From NCBI GenBank assembly GCA_900545935.1, contig URAP01000004.1, positions 13,808 through 77,807 of the forward strand: 64,000 bases of DNA. Reading direction: 5' to 3'. The position numbers were made by a program, and so were the translations under genes. The stretch comes from an uncultured Eubacteriales bacterium (GTDB taxonomy: Bacteria; Bacillota; Clostridia; Oscillospirales; CAG-272). The notes below the pieces were generated by a model, which saw only the letters and a program-made list of their open reading frames with translations, had not been told where the DNA came from and made no database searches. Positions 1 to 8,580 of this stretch are shown piece by piece (within the stretch, counting starts at the first letter, position 1; each line of letters opens with the position of its first letter).

Positions 1-737
1 GGGTGATCGGAAAAAATGTTGTCCATCTGCCGTATAACCGGTTTTCCGTCCTCAAGGTCGTGCATTCCGACAAGCCCGGTGTGCAGTGACGGTGTAAGCT
101 CAAACGAGCTGTTGCGCATTCCGAGCGGGAGAAAAATATTTTCGTAAGCAAAGTGCTCTATGCTCTGCCCGGAGACTCGTTCTACGACTGCGGCGAGTAG
201 GTCGAACGCTGCTGTCGGACTGTATGAGCGTCTGCTGCCGGGATCGAATGTGAGGCGGGCATTTTCCGAATAGAAGCGAACGGCTGAGCGGAGCGAGCTT
301 TTTGCTCCCGCCATACTCATAAGGGAATCGAGACGCACAGCGTCCTCGTCGGTTCCGAAGCCGGCGGTATGCGACAGCAGGTCAAGCAGCGTTATCTCGC
401 GCACCGGAGGTCTGCAACTGCCGCTCGGCTCATATACGAGCAGCCCGGAAAAGCCGTCGAGGTGCTCGGACAGTCGGTCGGAGACGGATAACAGTCCGCG
501 CTCCTCGCAGAGCAGTATTGCGGCTGCCGTTATCGGCTTTGTCATCGAGGCGAGGCGGAAAACGGCATCCTGCCGCAGCGGTTCTTCGGAGTCGGTGTCG
601 GCACAGCCGAATTCGGCGCTCAGCAGCAGCTCTCCGCTTTGTGCTATGCGCACGGCACAACCCGCAGTTTTTCCTTCAGCTAACAGCTCGGCTGCGGAAT
701 CGGCGATTCTCCGCCGCAGCTTTTCGGTGTCATTCAT
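1..737 (-). CDS. serine hydrolase / beta-lactamase-family protein (3' end outside window)
   Basis: Absent from the ORF track because it runs off the window edge. My manual translation from the ATG at 737 reads MNDTEKLRRRIADSAAELLAEGKTAGCAVRIAQSGELLL...DAVFRLASMTKPITAAAILLCEERGLL. It carries an S-x-x-K motif (SMTK) typical of PF00144-type serine hydrolases. I saw no stop codon down to base 1. Confidence 0.7.
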   Translation of the reverse strand, partial: MNDTEKLRRRIADSAAELLAEGKTAGCAVRIAQSGELLLSAEFGCADTDSEEPLRQDAVFRLASMTKPITAAAILLCEERGLLSVSDRLSEHLDGFSGLLVYEPSGSCRPPVREITLLDLLSHTAGFGTDEDAVRLDSLMSMAGAKSSLRSAVRFYSENARLTFDPGSRRSYSPTAAFDLLAAVVERVSGQSIEHFAYENIFLPLGMRNSSFELTPSLHTGLVGMHDLEDGKPVIRQMDNIFSDH

Positions 738-863
738 CGGTTCGGTCCTCGTTTCCTGCATTTTTGTACCGATATTTTATCACATTGCGCTCGATATTTC
801 AATTATTTATATATTTTCATTAATTTGCTCATATAAAAATTTGCACCGACTGTGGAAAACATA

Positions 864-892
864 TTGCATTTTGAAAAGCAGTGTGATATAAT
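864..892 (+). promoter_or_regulatory. sigma-70-like promoter candidate for the 973 gene
   Basis: TTGCAT (864-869), a 17-nt spacer, then TATAAT (887-892) preceded by a TG-containing spacer. It lies about 80 nt upstream of the ATG at 973. Confidence 0.5.
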
Positions 893-972
893 ATGTAGCA
901 GAATAGCATTACTGCGACCGGGTCGCGGTGTGCGCGCATTATCCGTGGCTAAGAAAGGATCGGTCATAACAA

Positions 973-1827
973 ATGGCTCTCACAACCAACGAAATGACAA
1001 ACTTTGACGAGCTTACTATCGACAAGTACGTCGAGGGCTCGTATAAGGCTAAGCGTGTGCTTATGACACTCGCATATATCTTCGTGCCGCTTGCATTTAT
1101 CGTATTTCTTTTTGCGATAGGTCTCGGTGCGATCGGACTTATCATATTTATCCCGCTGTTTTATTGCTGGGCTTTCGGTAAGTTCGTTGTCCCGCTCACG
1201 TGGAGATATGTTAATATTTCGTATACCTACATCGTTAAGGCGGGCAAGTTTACGATGCTGACCGTCTATAACTCCAAGGGCTCGAAGAAGGTCAAGAATA
1301 CCTTTACTCCCGTTACCATCGATGACATGACTGCAATTGCACCTTTCTCGGATAAGTTCGCAGACGCGCTCCGCTCCGGAAAGATCGACAATTTTTATTC
1401 CTGCTGTGCATATCTCGACCATCCCGATAACTATTACTTTACTTGGATCGACGAGAACGGCAAGACCTGCGCATGTGTTTTCCAGGCTACAAACAGCACT
1501 CTCAAGATAATGAAGTTCCATAACCGCAATACCGTGGTTGAGCCCGTACAGTGCGTCTCCGCCGAGGAGGGCAAGCACAACCCCGAGAATGACGGTGTAA
1601 GAGCTATCGCCGAGGCAGGCATCAAGGTTATGTCTGCTAAGCAGCTTCGCAGCAAGGGCTCTATCAGAGCTATCTGTACCTCTGCGGGTATTGTAGTAGT
1701 CCTCGTTGCAGTGCTCGTTGTCAACGGCATCGTATCCGGCAAGGCTGTCGATAAGTCTGGCAGACTCTATGTCGGCTCTGCCTGCCTTGATAATATCGGT
1801 CAGACCGAGACCACTGCTGCCGAATAA
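973..1827 (+). CDS. hypothetical membrane protein
   Basis: 284-aa ORF with an AAAGGA Shine-Dalgarno upstream. It has hydrophobic segments (LAYIFVPLAFIVFLFAIGLGAIGLIIFIPLFY and AGIVVVLVAVLVVNGIV) and a strong terminator follows. I recognise no family. Confidence 0.7.
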   Translation: MALTTNEMTNFDELTIDKYVEGSYKAKRVLMTLAYIFVPLAFIVFLFAIGLGAIGLIIFIPLFYCWAFGKFVVPLTWRYVNISYTYIVKAGKFTMLTVYNSKGSKKVKNTFTPVTIDDMTAIAPFSDKFADALRSGKIDNFYSCCAYLDHPDNYYFTWIDENGKTCACVFQATNSTLKIMKFHNRNTVVEPVQCVSAEEGKHNPENDGVRAIAEAGIKVMSAKQLRSKGSIRAICTSAGIVVVLVAVLVVNGIVSGKAVDKSGRLYVGSACLDNIGQTETTAAE

Positions 1828-1888
1828 GTCGGCGAGAGGGCGCTCCGAGCGGCTTTCGGCATAAGAAAAAAATCAGTAATACAAGGCT

Positions 1889-1926
1889 CTCCCCGAGCAT
1901 ATTCTTGCTCGGGGAGGGATTTTTTT
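1889..1926 (+). terminator. rho-independent terminator
   Basis: An 11-bp stem (ctccccgagca / tgctcggggag) with a 6-nt loop, followed by a T6 run. Confidence 0.8.
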
Positions 1927-1971
1927 ATGCTTGATGATAAAGGCTTATTTCCATTTTTAACCCGTAATATT

Positions 1972-2778
1972 ATGCGCAAGTGCCGAAATAGCACCGAAAT
2001 GACGCGGCTTGCGTCGATGTCTGCAAATAGCTCTGCCGGAGTTGTGCGCCGCACGGCGATGCTGCTGCCGATGGCACTGCTGCTATCCTTGCTCGGCTGC
2101 GGAGCATCGCCGAAACGCGAGATCGGGTGGCAGGAGTATCCGTTTACACTAAAGGCGGAGGCACAGTGCCGCGAGCGCTTCGGCGAAAACGGCGCGGATA
2201 TACGGCTCACAGCCACTGCACCGGGGGAGGGCGAGCTGGAATTTCTTGCGCCCGATTCGCTTAAGGGACTTTGCGTTTCGGTGCATGACGGAGAGGGCGA
2301 GCTCCGTCTCGGCGAGCTATGTTCGCCGCTGTGCGGCAGCGTTCTCGACGATGCTTTGGCGCTGTTCTCCCTGACGGCGCTCGACACATCGCGTATGACG
2401 GACATCAGCCTTGAGGACGGAGCGGGCAGTGTTAATGTGGCGCAGATAACACTCTGTCTGCCGACCGACGACGATGCGGAGACTGACAACGATGGGCAGA
2501 TATCCGAGCGCACCGGCGGCAGGAGCAAGAATGATGCGGATAGCTCGAATGACGGCGCAGAAACGGTAGGGATTCTGACGGTTCGTATAGATTCCGAAAC
2601 GGGTAATCCGCTTGAGATGCAGGCGGACTTTATCTCAGGTGAGGCTCTGCGGCTGCGCATATATGATTATTCGGTTGGAGATGGCGCGGGCGGATCGGGA
2701 TCGGTTGTAAGCGCTCCGCCCGATCCTGCCGACGGTGCGGCTGATAAATCTGCCGATGATGCGGCGAACGAACCGTAA
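1972..2778 (+). CDS. putative secreted lipoprotein, acidic C-terminus
   Basis: The track ORF starts at 1927 but overlaps the upstream terminator, so I prefer the internal ATG at 1972 (or 1999). A signal-peptide-like segment ends in the lipobox-like LLGC (MLLPMALLLSLLGCGAS). No family recognised. Confidence 0.55.
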   Translation: MRKCRNSTEMTRLASMSANSSAGVVRRTAMLLPMALLLSLLGCGASPKREIGWQEYPFTLKAEAQCRERFGENGADIRLTATAPGEGELEFLAPDSLKGLCVSVHDGEGELRLGELCSPLCGSVLDDALALFSLTALDTSRMTDISLEDGAGSVNVAQITLCLPTDDDAETDNDGQISERTGGRSKNDADSSNDGAETVGILTVRIDSETGNPLEMQADFISGEALRLRIYDYSVGDGAGGSGSVVSAPPDPADGAADKSADDAANEP

Positions 2779-3023
2779 GGCGGCTTTTCGGACGCAGATG
2801 CGGGCGGCATGACCGATTGACGAGCGTACTGATAGATATCGATAGAATTACGAACGGTATAAATTATATACCGGCAGACAGGTATTATCAAAGGCTATCG
2901 TTATATCGTACGGCACAGTCATATGCCTAAATTATACGTAGCTCTATGCAGCTGTCGGAGTTATCTATGTCCCACACGCTATCGGTACGGTAATAAACAG
3001 ACGATTTTTTTGATCCTGAATAT

Positions 3024-3057
3024 AAAAAAACTCCGATGCACGGTATGCGCATCGGAG
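3024..3057 (-). terminator. rho-independent terminator downstream of ftsZ
   Basis: A 9-bp stem (ctccgatgc / gcatcggag). The A7 run on the plus strand reads as a T7 run after the hairpin on the minus strand. Confidence 0.7.
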
Positions 3058-3110
3058 AATGTATTTATTTTTGAGTCTCAAAGCAAGGCGTCAAAGAGAA
3101 GTGACCGCAC

Positions 3111-4244
3111 TCAGCGCTGCTGACCTCTTGACTTCTTCAGAATGTTGATGATATCGCCGAAGTCTTCCTCGGAGATGCCGTCATCCTTCTTAACATCGCT
3201 CTCCTCATCGTCGGCTTCAACCGGAGCAGAAGCGGGAGCTGCTGCGGAGGGCTTGCTTACGGGACGAGCGGCGGTAGTTCCGCCGTCGACCGAATCAAAG
3301 CCGGTAGCAATGACTGTGAGGTTCATAGCGTCCTCGAGCGAAGCGTCGAAGGTAGTACCCCAGATGACCATTGCGTCGGGTGCTGCCTCCTCCTCGACCA
3401 TCGAGGAAGCGATCTCGCACTCGTCGAGTCCGATATCGGGGGAAGCGGTGACATTGATAAGAATGCCCTTTGCGCCCTTGATGGAGGTCTCGAGCAGCGG
3501 GCTGGAGATAGCCATCTTAGCTGCCTCGGTAGCCTTGTCCTTACCGGTCGCAAAGCCTACGCCCATGTGTGCGCAGCCGGCGTCCTTCATTATTGCGGTA
3601 ACATCGGCAAAGTCGAGGTTGACAAAGCCGGGGTTGTTGATAAGATCGCTGATAGCCTGTGCGCCGCGGCGGAGAACATCGTCTGCCTCGGCAAAGGCGT
3701 TTGCAAGAGTGATCCTTGTCTCGGATATCTGCTTCAGACGCTCGTTCGGGATAACGACGAGCGAGTCGACGTTTTCGCGCATTTCTGTGATTCCGCGCTC
3801 TGCGGACTCCATGCGGCGGCGACCCTCGAAAGCGAAAGGCTTTGTAACTATACCGATGGTGAGTATTCCGAGATCCTTAGCAGCCTTTGCGACTACGGGA
3901 GCAGCGCCTGTTCCGGTACCGCCGCCCATTCCTGCGGTGATAAAGACCATATCAGCACCCTTGAGTGCGTTGGTGATCTCCTCGAGATTTTCCTCGGCAG
4001 CCTTAGCGCCGACGGTAGGATCGGCGCCTGCGCCGTGACCCTTGGTGATCTTTTCGCCGATCGGGATCTTTACCTCTGCACTCGACTGGAGCAGAGCCTG
4101 CTTATCAGTGTTAACGACGATGAATTCAACGCCGCGGATATTCGTTGCTATCATACGGTTAACGGCGTTGTTTCCTCCGCCGCCTACACCTATTATCTTT
4201 ATTACTACACCGCTTTCGTAGCTGTCTTCGAGTTCAAATGGCAT
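3111..4244 (-). CDS. ftsZ: cell division GTPase FtsZ
   Basis: 377 aa containing [17 protein letters not shown] and the tubulin signature [13 protein letters not shown]. It has an acidic C-terminal linker and a conserved terminal peptide (DIINILKK). Confidence 0.97.
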   Translation of the reverse strand: MPFELEDSYESGVVIKIIGVGGGGNNAVNRMIATNIRGVEFIVVNTDKQALLQSSAEVKIPIGEKITKGHGAGADPTVGAKAAEENLEEITNALKGADMVFITAGMGGGTGTGAAPVVAKAAKDLGILTIGIVTKPFAFEGRRRMESAERGITEMRENVDSLVVIPNERLKQISETRITLANAFAEADDVLRRGAQAISDLINNPGFVNLDFADVTAIMKDAGCAHMGVGFATGKDKATEAAKMAISSPLLETSIKGAKGILINVTASPDIGLDECEIASSMVEEEAAPDAMVIWGTTFDASLEDAMNLTVIATGFDSVDGGTTAARPVSKPSAAAPASAPVEADDEESDVKKDDGISEEDFGDIINILKKSRGQQR

Positions 4245-4599
4245 TTTTCTTTCCTCCGTTAATTTATGTAATTTATGATTCGTGAGTAAATCGATTTTTC
4301 TGTTTCAGTGAGCTGCTTTTCCGATGCGTCTCTTTGCACCGTGAAAACCGCGATCTTTTCTCATCGGGCAATGCATTCCGCAATGCTCGCGCGTCCCGCC
4401 TGTTATTTATAAGGTATAAGGGCGACTGTGTCGCCGTGCGGGAATGGGATAAAGTACGTCTCTGCATCTGTGATTATTTTGCCGAGCAGAGTATACAATC
4501 TGCCTATATACAATAATAATATAGGTTTTTATGTTGTTTTTCAATGGTTTCAAAAATAATTTATTGTGAGTTAATAATAAATTTACATCTGCGCGCCGT

Positions 4600-5457
4600 C
4601 TATGCAGGCTCAAGCTCACTCTGCTCGATGTAAAAAGCCGCGCCGCTATCGACGTTGATTATCCCGCGCCCGCTGCTGCCGAGGTCTGCGATGATAGCGG
4701 AGGCGTAGGTCAGCTTGGCCTCGAGGTTGTCCGTATCGCCTACGACGATGCGGTATCTGTCGTCATAGATGAAGAATACACCGAATTTGTCCGAGCAGTC
4801 GATAAGCGAGATGTATTTTGTCATCGTGCAGTCGGCAAATATCTGCAGCGTTCGGAGCGCATAGTGATAGCTGCCGTCGCTCTTAAAGCCGAGCTGCTGT
4901 CCGACGATTGCGCGGCGTATGCCGGAAAGGCGTATGCGCAGCAGGTCGGGATGACGGTTCTGCATCAGATCCTCGTCCGAGATTATCTCGAGCACACGCA
5001 GCGAGTCGGAGAGGATGTAGTATTCACCGTCGAGTGTGAAATAATATGCCGCCTTTTGCTCGGTCACGGCAAGCTCTATGACCGACGGCGACGGATGCCG
5101 CACAGAAACGGAGCTGATGTACGGAAAGCTCTTCGTTATTTCCTTTTCGACCGTCGCGCGGCTGACCGAATACGAATTCTGTCCGGTCTTGATGCCGGAG
5201 GCATCGACTATTCGCCAGTCATCGTACATTGAGAGCCCGGACACATTTACATGCTTAACTCTGAAAAATACTGCGAACAGCACGACCGCGAGTGCAATGC
5301 AGAAACCGGAGAGCAGCGCGATATATATTGCCGTTTTTCGCCCGAGACGGCGGCGCGACTTGCCGACAGCGCGCTCAAATGCACCGCGGGAGAGCAGCTC
5401 TATCTCGGCGGTCTTTTCCGCATCGGTGAGTCGTTTTTCGTTTTGTTCCTCTGACAA
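4600..5457 (-). CDS. ftsQ: cell division protein FtsQ/DivIB (POTRA domain)
   Basis: 285 aa with a TTG start 7 nt after GGAGA. It has a basic N-terminus, one TM segment (IYIALLSGFCIALAVVLFAVFF), then the POTRA-like sequence VKHVNVSGLSMYDDWRIVDASGIKTGQN. Its position next to ftsZ supports the call. Confidence 0.75.
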   Translation of the reverse strand: MSEEQNEKRLTDAEKTAEIELLSRGAFERAVGKSRRRLGRKTAIYIALLSGFCIALAVVLFAVFFRVKHVNVSGLSMYDDWRIVDASGIKTGQNSYSVSRATVEKEITKSFPYISSVSVRHPSPSVIELAVTEQKAAYYFTLDGEYYILSDSLRVLEIISDEDLMQNRHPDLLRIRLSGIRRAIVGQQLGFKSDGSYHYALRTLQIFADCTMTKYISLIDCSDKFGVFFIYDDRYRIVVGDTDNLEAKLTYASAIIADLGSSGRGIINVDSGAAFYIEQSELEPA

Positions 5458-5543
5458 GCTCTCATCTCCTCTCGGCAGTAATTCGGCGTTCGCTGCCGTT
5501 TTGCCGTGCTGCCGCAGTATACGGATGCACGCTTACTCTTGTA

Positions 5544-5572
5544 ATTATAACACGTATTTACGGTTTTATCAA
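5544..5572 (-). promoter_or_regulatory. sigma-70-like promoter candidate for ftsQ
   Basis: On the minus strand: TTGATA, a 17-nt spacer, then TATAAT. It lies about 85 nt upstream of the ftsQ TTG start. Confidence 0.55.
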
Positions 5573-5711
5573 TAGTATCTCGCAACAGAGTCTCCGCCGC
5601 GCGAAAATTTACATTTGACATCCGAGTGAAATCGCCGATTCGAGCCTCATGTGCTCGACCGTTAAGAAGATCCCGCGATCAAATTGCCTCCGATGGATTT
5701 TCGGAACTTGG

Positions 5712-5728
5712 TTTTGATTTTGCGTATG
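5712..5728. repeat. 17-nt direct repeat, copy 1 (ttttgattttgcgtatg)
   Basis: An exact 17-mer that recurs at 6113-6129. The two copies bracket the small-ORF cassette. Confidence 0.8.
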
Positions 5729-5790
5729 CGATGTATTATTACAATAGATGTGTTGCGCCGAGAAAAAAGAATGGCAATTGAGAGCCGATT

Positions 5791-5823
5791 AAAAGGAATG
5801 GCGGCTTACACAAGCAAGCCGCC
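5791..5823 (-). terminator. rho-independent terminator of the small-ORF unit
   Basis: An 8-bp stem (ggcggctt / aagccgcc) with an 8-nt loop, followed on the minus strand by a T-rich tract (attcctttt). Confidence 0.65.
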
Positions 5824-5840
5824 GAAAAATCCAACCGGGA

Positions 5841-5960
5841 TTAAAGATCGGGAAGTTCAATAGGTGCTCTGTTATCGCTGGTAGTAACCGTCTCGCCGCT
5901 CATTTCGATAAACAGCTCCTCTGCGAAGAGAACGACCTCTGCTTCAGGACGTACAAACAT
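5841..5960 (-). CDS. 39-aa acidic small protein/peptide (MFVRPEAEVVLFAEELFIEMSGETVTTSDNRAPIELPDL)
   Basis: This is an internal ATG of the 100-aa track ORF, preceded by AAAGGAGA with a 7-nt spacer. It has its own promoter candidate and its own terminator. The upstream part of the 100-aa ORF has no SD sequence and odd composition. Confidence 0.5.
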   Translation of the reverse strand: MFVRPEAEVVLFAEELFIEMSGETVTTSDNRAPIELPDL

Positions 5961-6054
5961 ATCATTATCTCCTTTCTGAAAACAATAGATATTCGATCGA
6001 TCTGGAAACCAAACATGTATTGTCCCACACCACAGGACACACATACACAATGGA

Positions 6055-6083
6055 AGCATAGCACAATGTTTGTGATTTGTCAA
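6055..6083 (-). promoter_or_regulatory. promoter candidate for the small ORF
   Basis: On the minus strand: TTGACA, a 17-nt spacer, then TGc-TATGCT (extended -10-like). Confidence 0.45.
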
Positions 6084-6112
6084 GCCCGGAGCACAAAAAA
6101 CAAGATCACGGA

Positions 6113-6129
6113 TTTTGATTTTGCGTATG
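6113..6129. repeat. 17-nt direct repeat, copy 2 (ttttgattttgcgtatg)
   Basis: Identical to 5712-5728. It lies just upstream of the -35 of the TerB-gene promoter and about 30 nt upstream of the small-ORF promoter on the other strand. Confidence 0.8.
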
Positions 6130-6137
6130 TGAAACAT

Positions 6138-6166
6138 TGACACGGGCGACTATATATGATAAAATA
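6138..6166 (+). promoter_or_regulatory. sigma-70-like promoter candidate for the TerB-N/C operon
   Basis: TTGACA (6138-6143), a 17-nt spacer, then TAAAAT (6161-6166). The ATG at 6226 follows with a GGAAGGAGGGAG SD. Confidence 0.55.
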
Positions 6167-6225
6167 TTATGATTTAAATTCGGCCTTGATTTTGATCGAT
6201 ATCGGCACCGGAAGGAGGGAGAGCA

Positions 6226-8580
6226 ATGCCGGATAAAAGGTATGACGGACACAGTAAAAAAATTGTCGATGAATTCGGCAATGAATATGCCAACGGATTC
6301 GGCGCGGGAGCAGATGGGCATTTCGGCTCGGACGACGGTGCCGTCGCCAATTCATTCTCCGGCAGCTTCGACGATGATGTTTTTGAGGCATTGCCCCCGA
6401 TACCGAAAAAATATTTGCGCGAGTTTTCACCCGATACCGAGACTCCGCTAATTGAGATAGGTAAGGATGACAGGATAATTGATCCTGTTTCGGTACAGGG
6501 CAGCGGCGAGCGCTCAAGGGATAGGCTGAGTGATGGTATACCTCCATCGAATATGCTGACGTACGGCGGGCATGACGCCTCGGATGATACTCCGGAGGCG
6601 CGGAAGGATCACGAAAAGGACAGGATGTCTGCACGGTGTGAGGATACCGACGGTAATACCGATAAGCGCGGCTCGAGCCTTGTAAATGTGCCGATAGAGC
6701 ACGACGGAGGGGAGACGTCGGCGAATGAAGATGATTCGATATCCGACACGACGGATAGTAGAAGTGACCCCGGTATCGGAGACGTACTGCCGCAGAGCGG
6801 CGGAAAGGGCGGATGGCGCGGCATAGCACCCGCTCCCGTACCGGCGGCAGGTCAGCGGCAGCGCAGTGCCGCAGACGAAGAGATATCCGAGCTGTTTGCA
6901 CGGCTGCGCAGCAGAAGCGGCTCCGGACAGCATAGGGAAAACGATACCGACTTTTCGATAGCGGTGCCGCGCAGCAGCTCGTTCCGTGATACCGGACTTA
7001 TCCGCTCATATGAGCCGAGGCATCCGTTTCTGCGTCATGTGGATATACTGACGTGGCCGTCGAGCTACACGTTTTATGAGCGTTTCCGTGCCGACGCAGT
7101 CTCCTTTTTCTCACGAGAGGGGCGGGAGGTACCGTACGCGGAATTTGTCTCATATGTGCCGCAGTATTCGATGATGACCGGTGCACAGCTTTCATATTAT
7201 TTTTACTGGCGCAGCTGCATGCGTGCGGGCAGGCTGATAAAGGCATCGCGCAGCTATGTGCTGCTGTTCATCTATGAGGTGATAAATCTGCCCGACCTTA
7301 TCGCACCTACCGACGGTGTACGGCAGCTCTGCCGCGTTATAACCGGCTATGCCGAAACGGTCATCGGAGTACGTAATTCGGTCATACCGTGGCTGCGCGA
7401 CTACTGCCTTATTCACGGCGTATCGCTGCCGGAGGAATATATGCGCGATATCGCGGCGATAGCAGGGAGATATACGGCGCTGCCGGAGTTTTTCGTCTGT
7501 TATAATGCCGAAACGGGAAAAGCCGATCCGCTGTCGCTCGCCTCGGTGCTTTCGCACTATTCGTGGCAGGAGAGCAAGTATATGACGGCTGCGGCGCGCA
7601 GCTGCTACGAGCGTCATATGCCCGCAGCGATAGCGGCGGCGATGGCTGCTATGGGAACCGGGACGATAACCGACGGCATCCCGCAGCGTTATATCGCCGA
7701 GTCGTACAGCGGAGCCGTCTGCTCCTCGGAGGTGAAATGCCGCTTGCGTATAGACTATATCCGCGCGTCTGACTGTGCGGATGCCGAGGCTGTCACGGTG
7801 GCGGTCAAGTATGCGGAAAACCAGGTGCGCAGACTGCTCGGAATAAAGTCGCGGTTTAAGATATCGGCGCTGCCGAGCGGTATGCGCGATGCGATAGATC
7901 TATACTTTGAGCCGGTCTTTGCACGAGAGGAGAGCATGCGTCGAACGATGCTCAGAAAAGCATCCGCACCGCCCGAGGTCGCCCCGGAGTATGAGCATTT
8001 TTATGCGCCCGAGAGCAGCGGAATGTCATTCGATCGGGCTTTGGAGATCGAACGTCGATCGTGGCGAATGACAGAGCGGCTCGAGGAGGCATTCTCGGAG
8101 GATGCGGAGGCATCCGCGCATACGGGAAAAACCGATGCGGATAATGCAGATGAGCGCGATACGGCTGTATCCGGTATGATGGATGATGCGGCGTCGAATG
8201 CCGACTATATGGAGAATGCCGGCAGTGCAGTCGATGCAGCTCACGAGGCGGAGAATAACGGTGCGTCGGCGGCTTTGGCTCACGGAACGGCGGCTCACGG
8301 AACGGATAAGCTTGGTGTATCAGGCAGAAAGGCTTCGAGCAGTCCGGAGATAGCCGGGCTGAGATTGCTGCTTAACGGAGACAGTGCGGGCTTTGAGCTC
8401 TGCGCATGCGCCGCTGCGCTGCTGCCCGAGGCGCTGTGCGACCGTATAAACGAGCTTTTGTACGACGATGTCGGAGATTCGACGGCGGAGCATACCGCAG
8501 CCGGATATTCGATCATAGAGGATTACAGAGACGAAGCGGAGGAGTATCTCCGCAGATATGATTCTGGGGAGGTATGCTGA
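6226..8580 (+). CDS. TerB-N / TerB-C domain protein with a long acidic, low-complexity N-terminal region
   Basis: 784 aa. The central block VPYAEFVSYVPQYSMMTGAQLSYYFYWRSCMRAGRLIKASRSYVLLFIYEVINL matches my memory of the TerB_N domain. The C-terminal block LLPEALCDRINELLYDDVGDSTAEHTAAGYSIIEDYRDE matches the TerB_C pattern. The stop TGA (8578-8580) abuts the next ATG. Confidence 0.8.
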   Translation: MPDKRYDGHSKKIVDEFGNEYANGFGAGADGHFGSDDGAVANSFSGSFDDDVFEALPPIPKKYLREFSPDTETPLIEIGKDDRIIDPVSVQGSGERSRDRLSDGIPPSNMLTYGGHDASDDTPEARKDHEKDRMSARCEDTDGNTDKRGSSLVNVPIEHDGGETSANEDDSISDTTDSRSDPGIGDVLPQSGGKGGWRGIAPAPVPAAGQRQRSAADEEISELFARLRSRSGSGQHRENDTDFSIAVPRSSSFRDTGLIRSYEPRHPFLRHVDILTWPSSYTFYERFRADAVSFFSREGREVPYAEFVSYVPQYSMMTGAQLSYYFYWRSCMRAGRLIKASRSYVLLFIYEVINLPDLIAPTDGVRQLCRVITGYAETVIGVRNSVIPWLRDYCLIHGVSLPEEYMRDIAAIAGRYTALPEFFVCYNAETGKADPLSLASVLSHYSWQESKYMTAAARSCYERHMPAAIAAAMAAMGTGTITDGIPQRYIAESYSGAVCSSEVKCRLRIDYIRASDCADAEAVTVAVKYAENQVRRLLGIKSRFKISALPSGMRDAIDLYFEPVFAREESMRRTMLRKASAPPEVAPEYEHFYAPESSGMSFDRALEIERRSWRMTERLEEAFSEDAEASAHTGKTDADNADERDTAVSGMMDDAASNADYMENAGSAVDAAHEAENNGASAALAHGTAAHGTDKLGVSGRKASSSPEIAGLRLLLNGDSAGFELCACAAALLPEALCDRINELLYDDVGDSTAEHTAAGYSIIEDYRDEAEEYLRRYDSGEVC

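Noticed and set aside
3142-4038. 298-aa plus-strand ORF (and the 231-aa ORF at 3567-4262) opposite ftsZ
   Set aside because: It is fully antisense to a near-certain ftsZ gene. The Ser/Ala/Pro-rich low-complexity translation is typical of the mirror frame of a GC-rich gene, and there is no SD sequence.
4245-4599. Hidden ftsA or other gene between ftsQ and ftsZ
   Set aside because: The gap is 355 bp of AT-rich sequence containing only a 64-aa highly basic ORF without an SD sequence. It is most likely the ftsZ promoter and leader region. The absence of ftsA here is noted but not considered anomalous for Clostridia-like genomes.
6167-6933. 244-aa and 139-aa minus-strand ORFs overlapping the 5' part of the TerB-N/C gene
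   Set aside because: They are antisense to the acidic low-complexity region. Their translations are Arg/Ser/Pro-rich junk with no start context.
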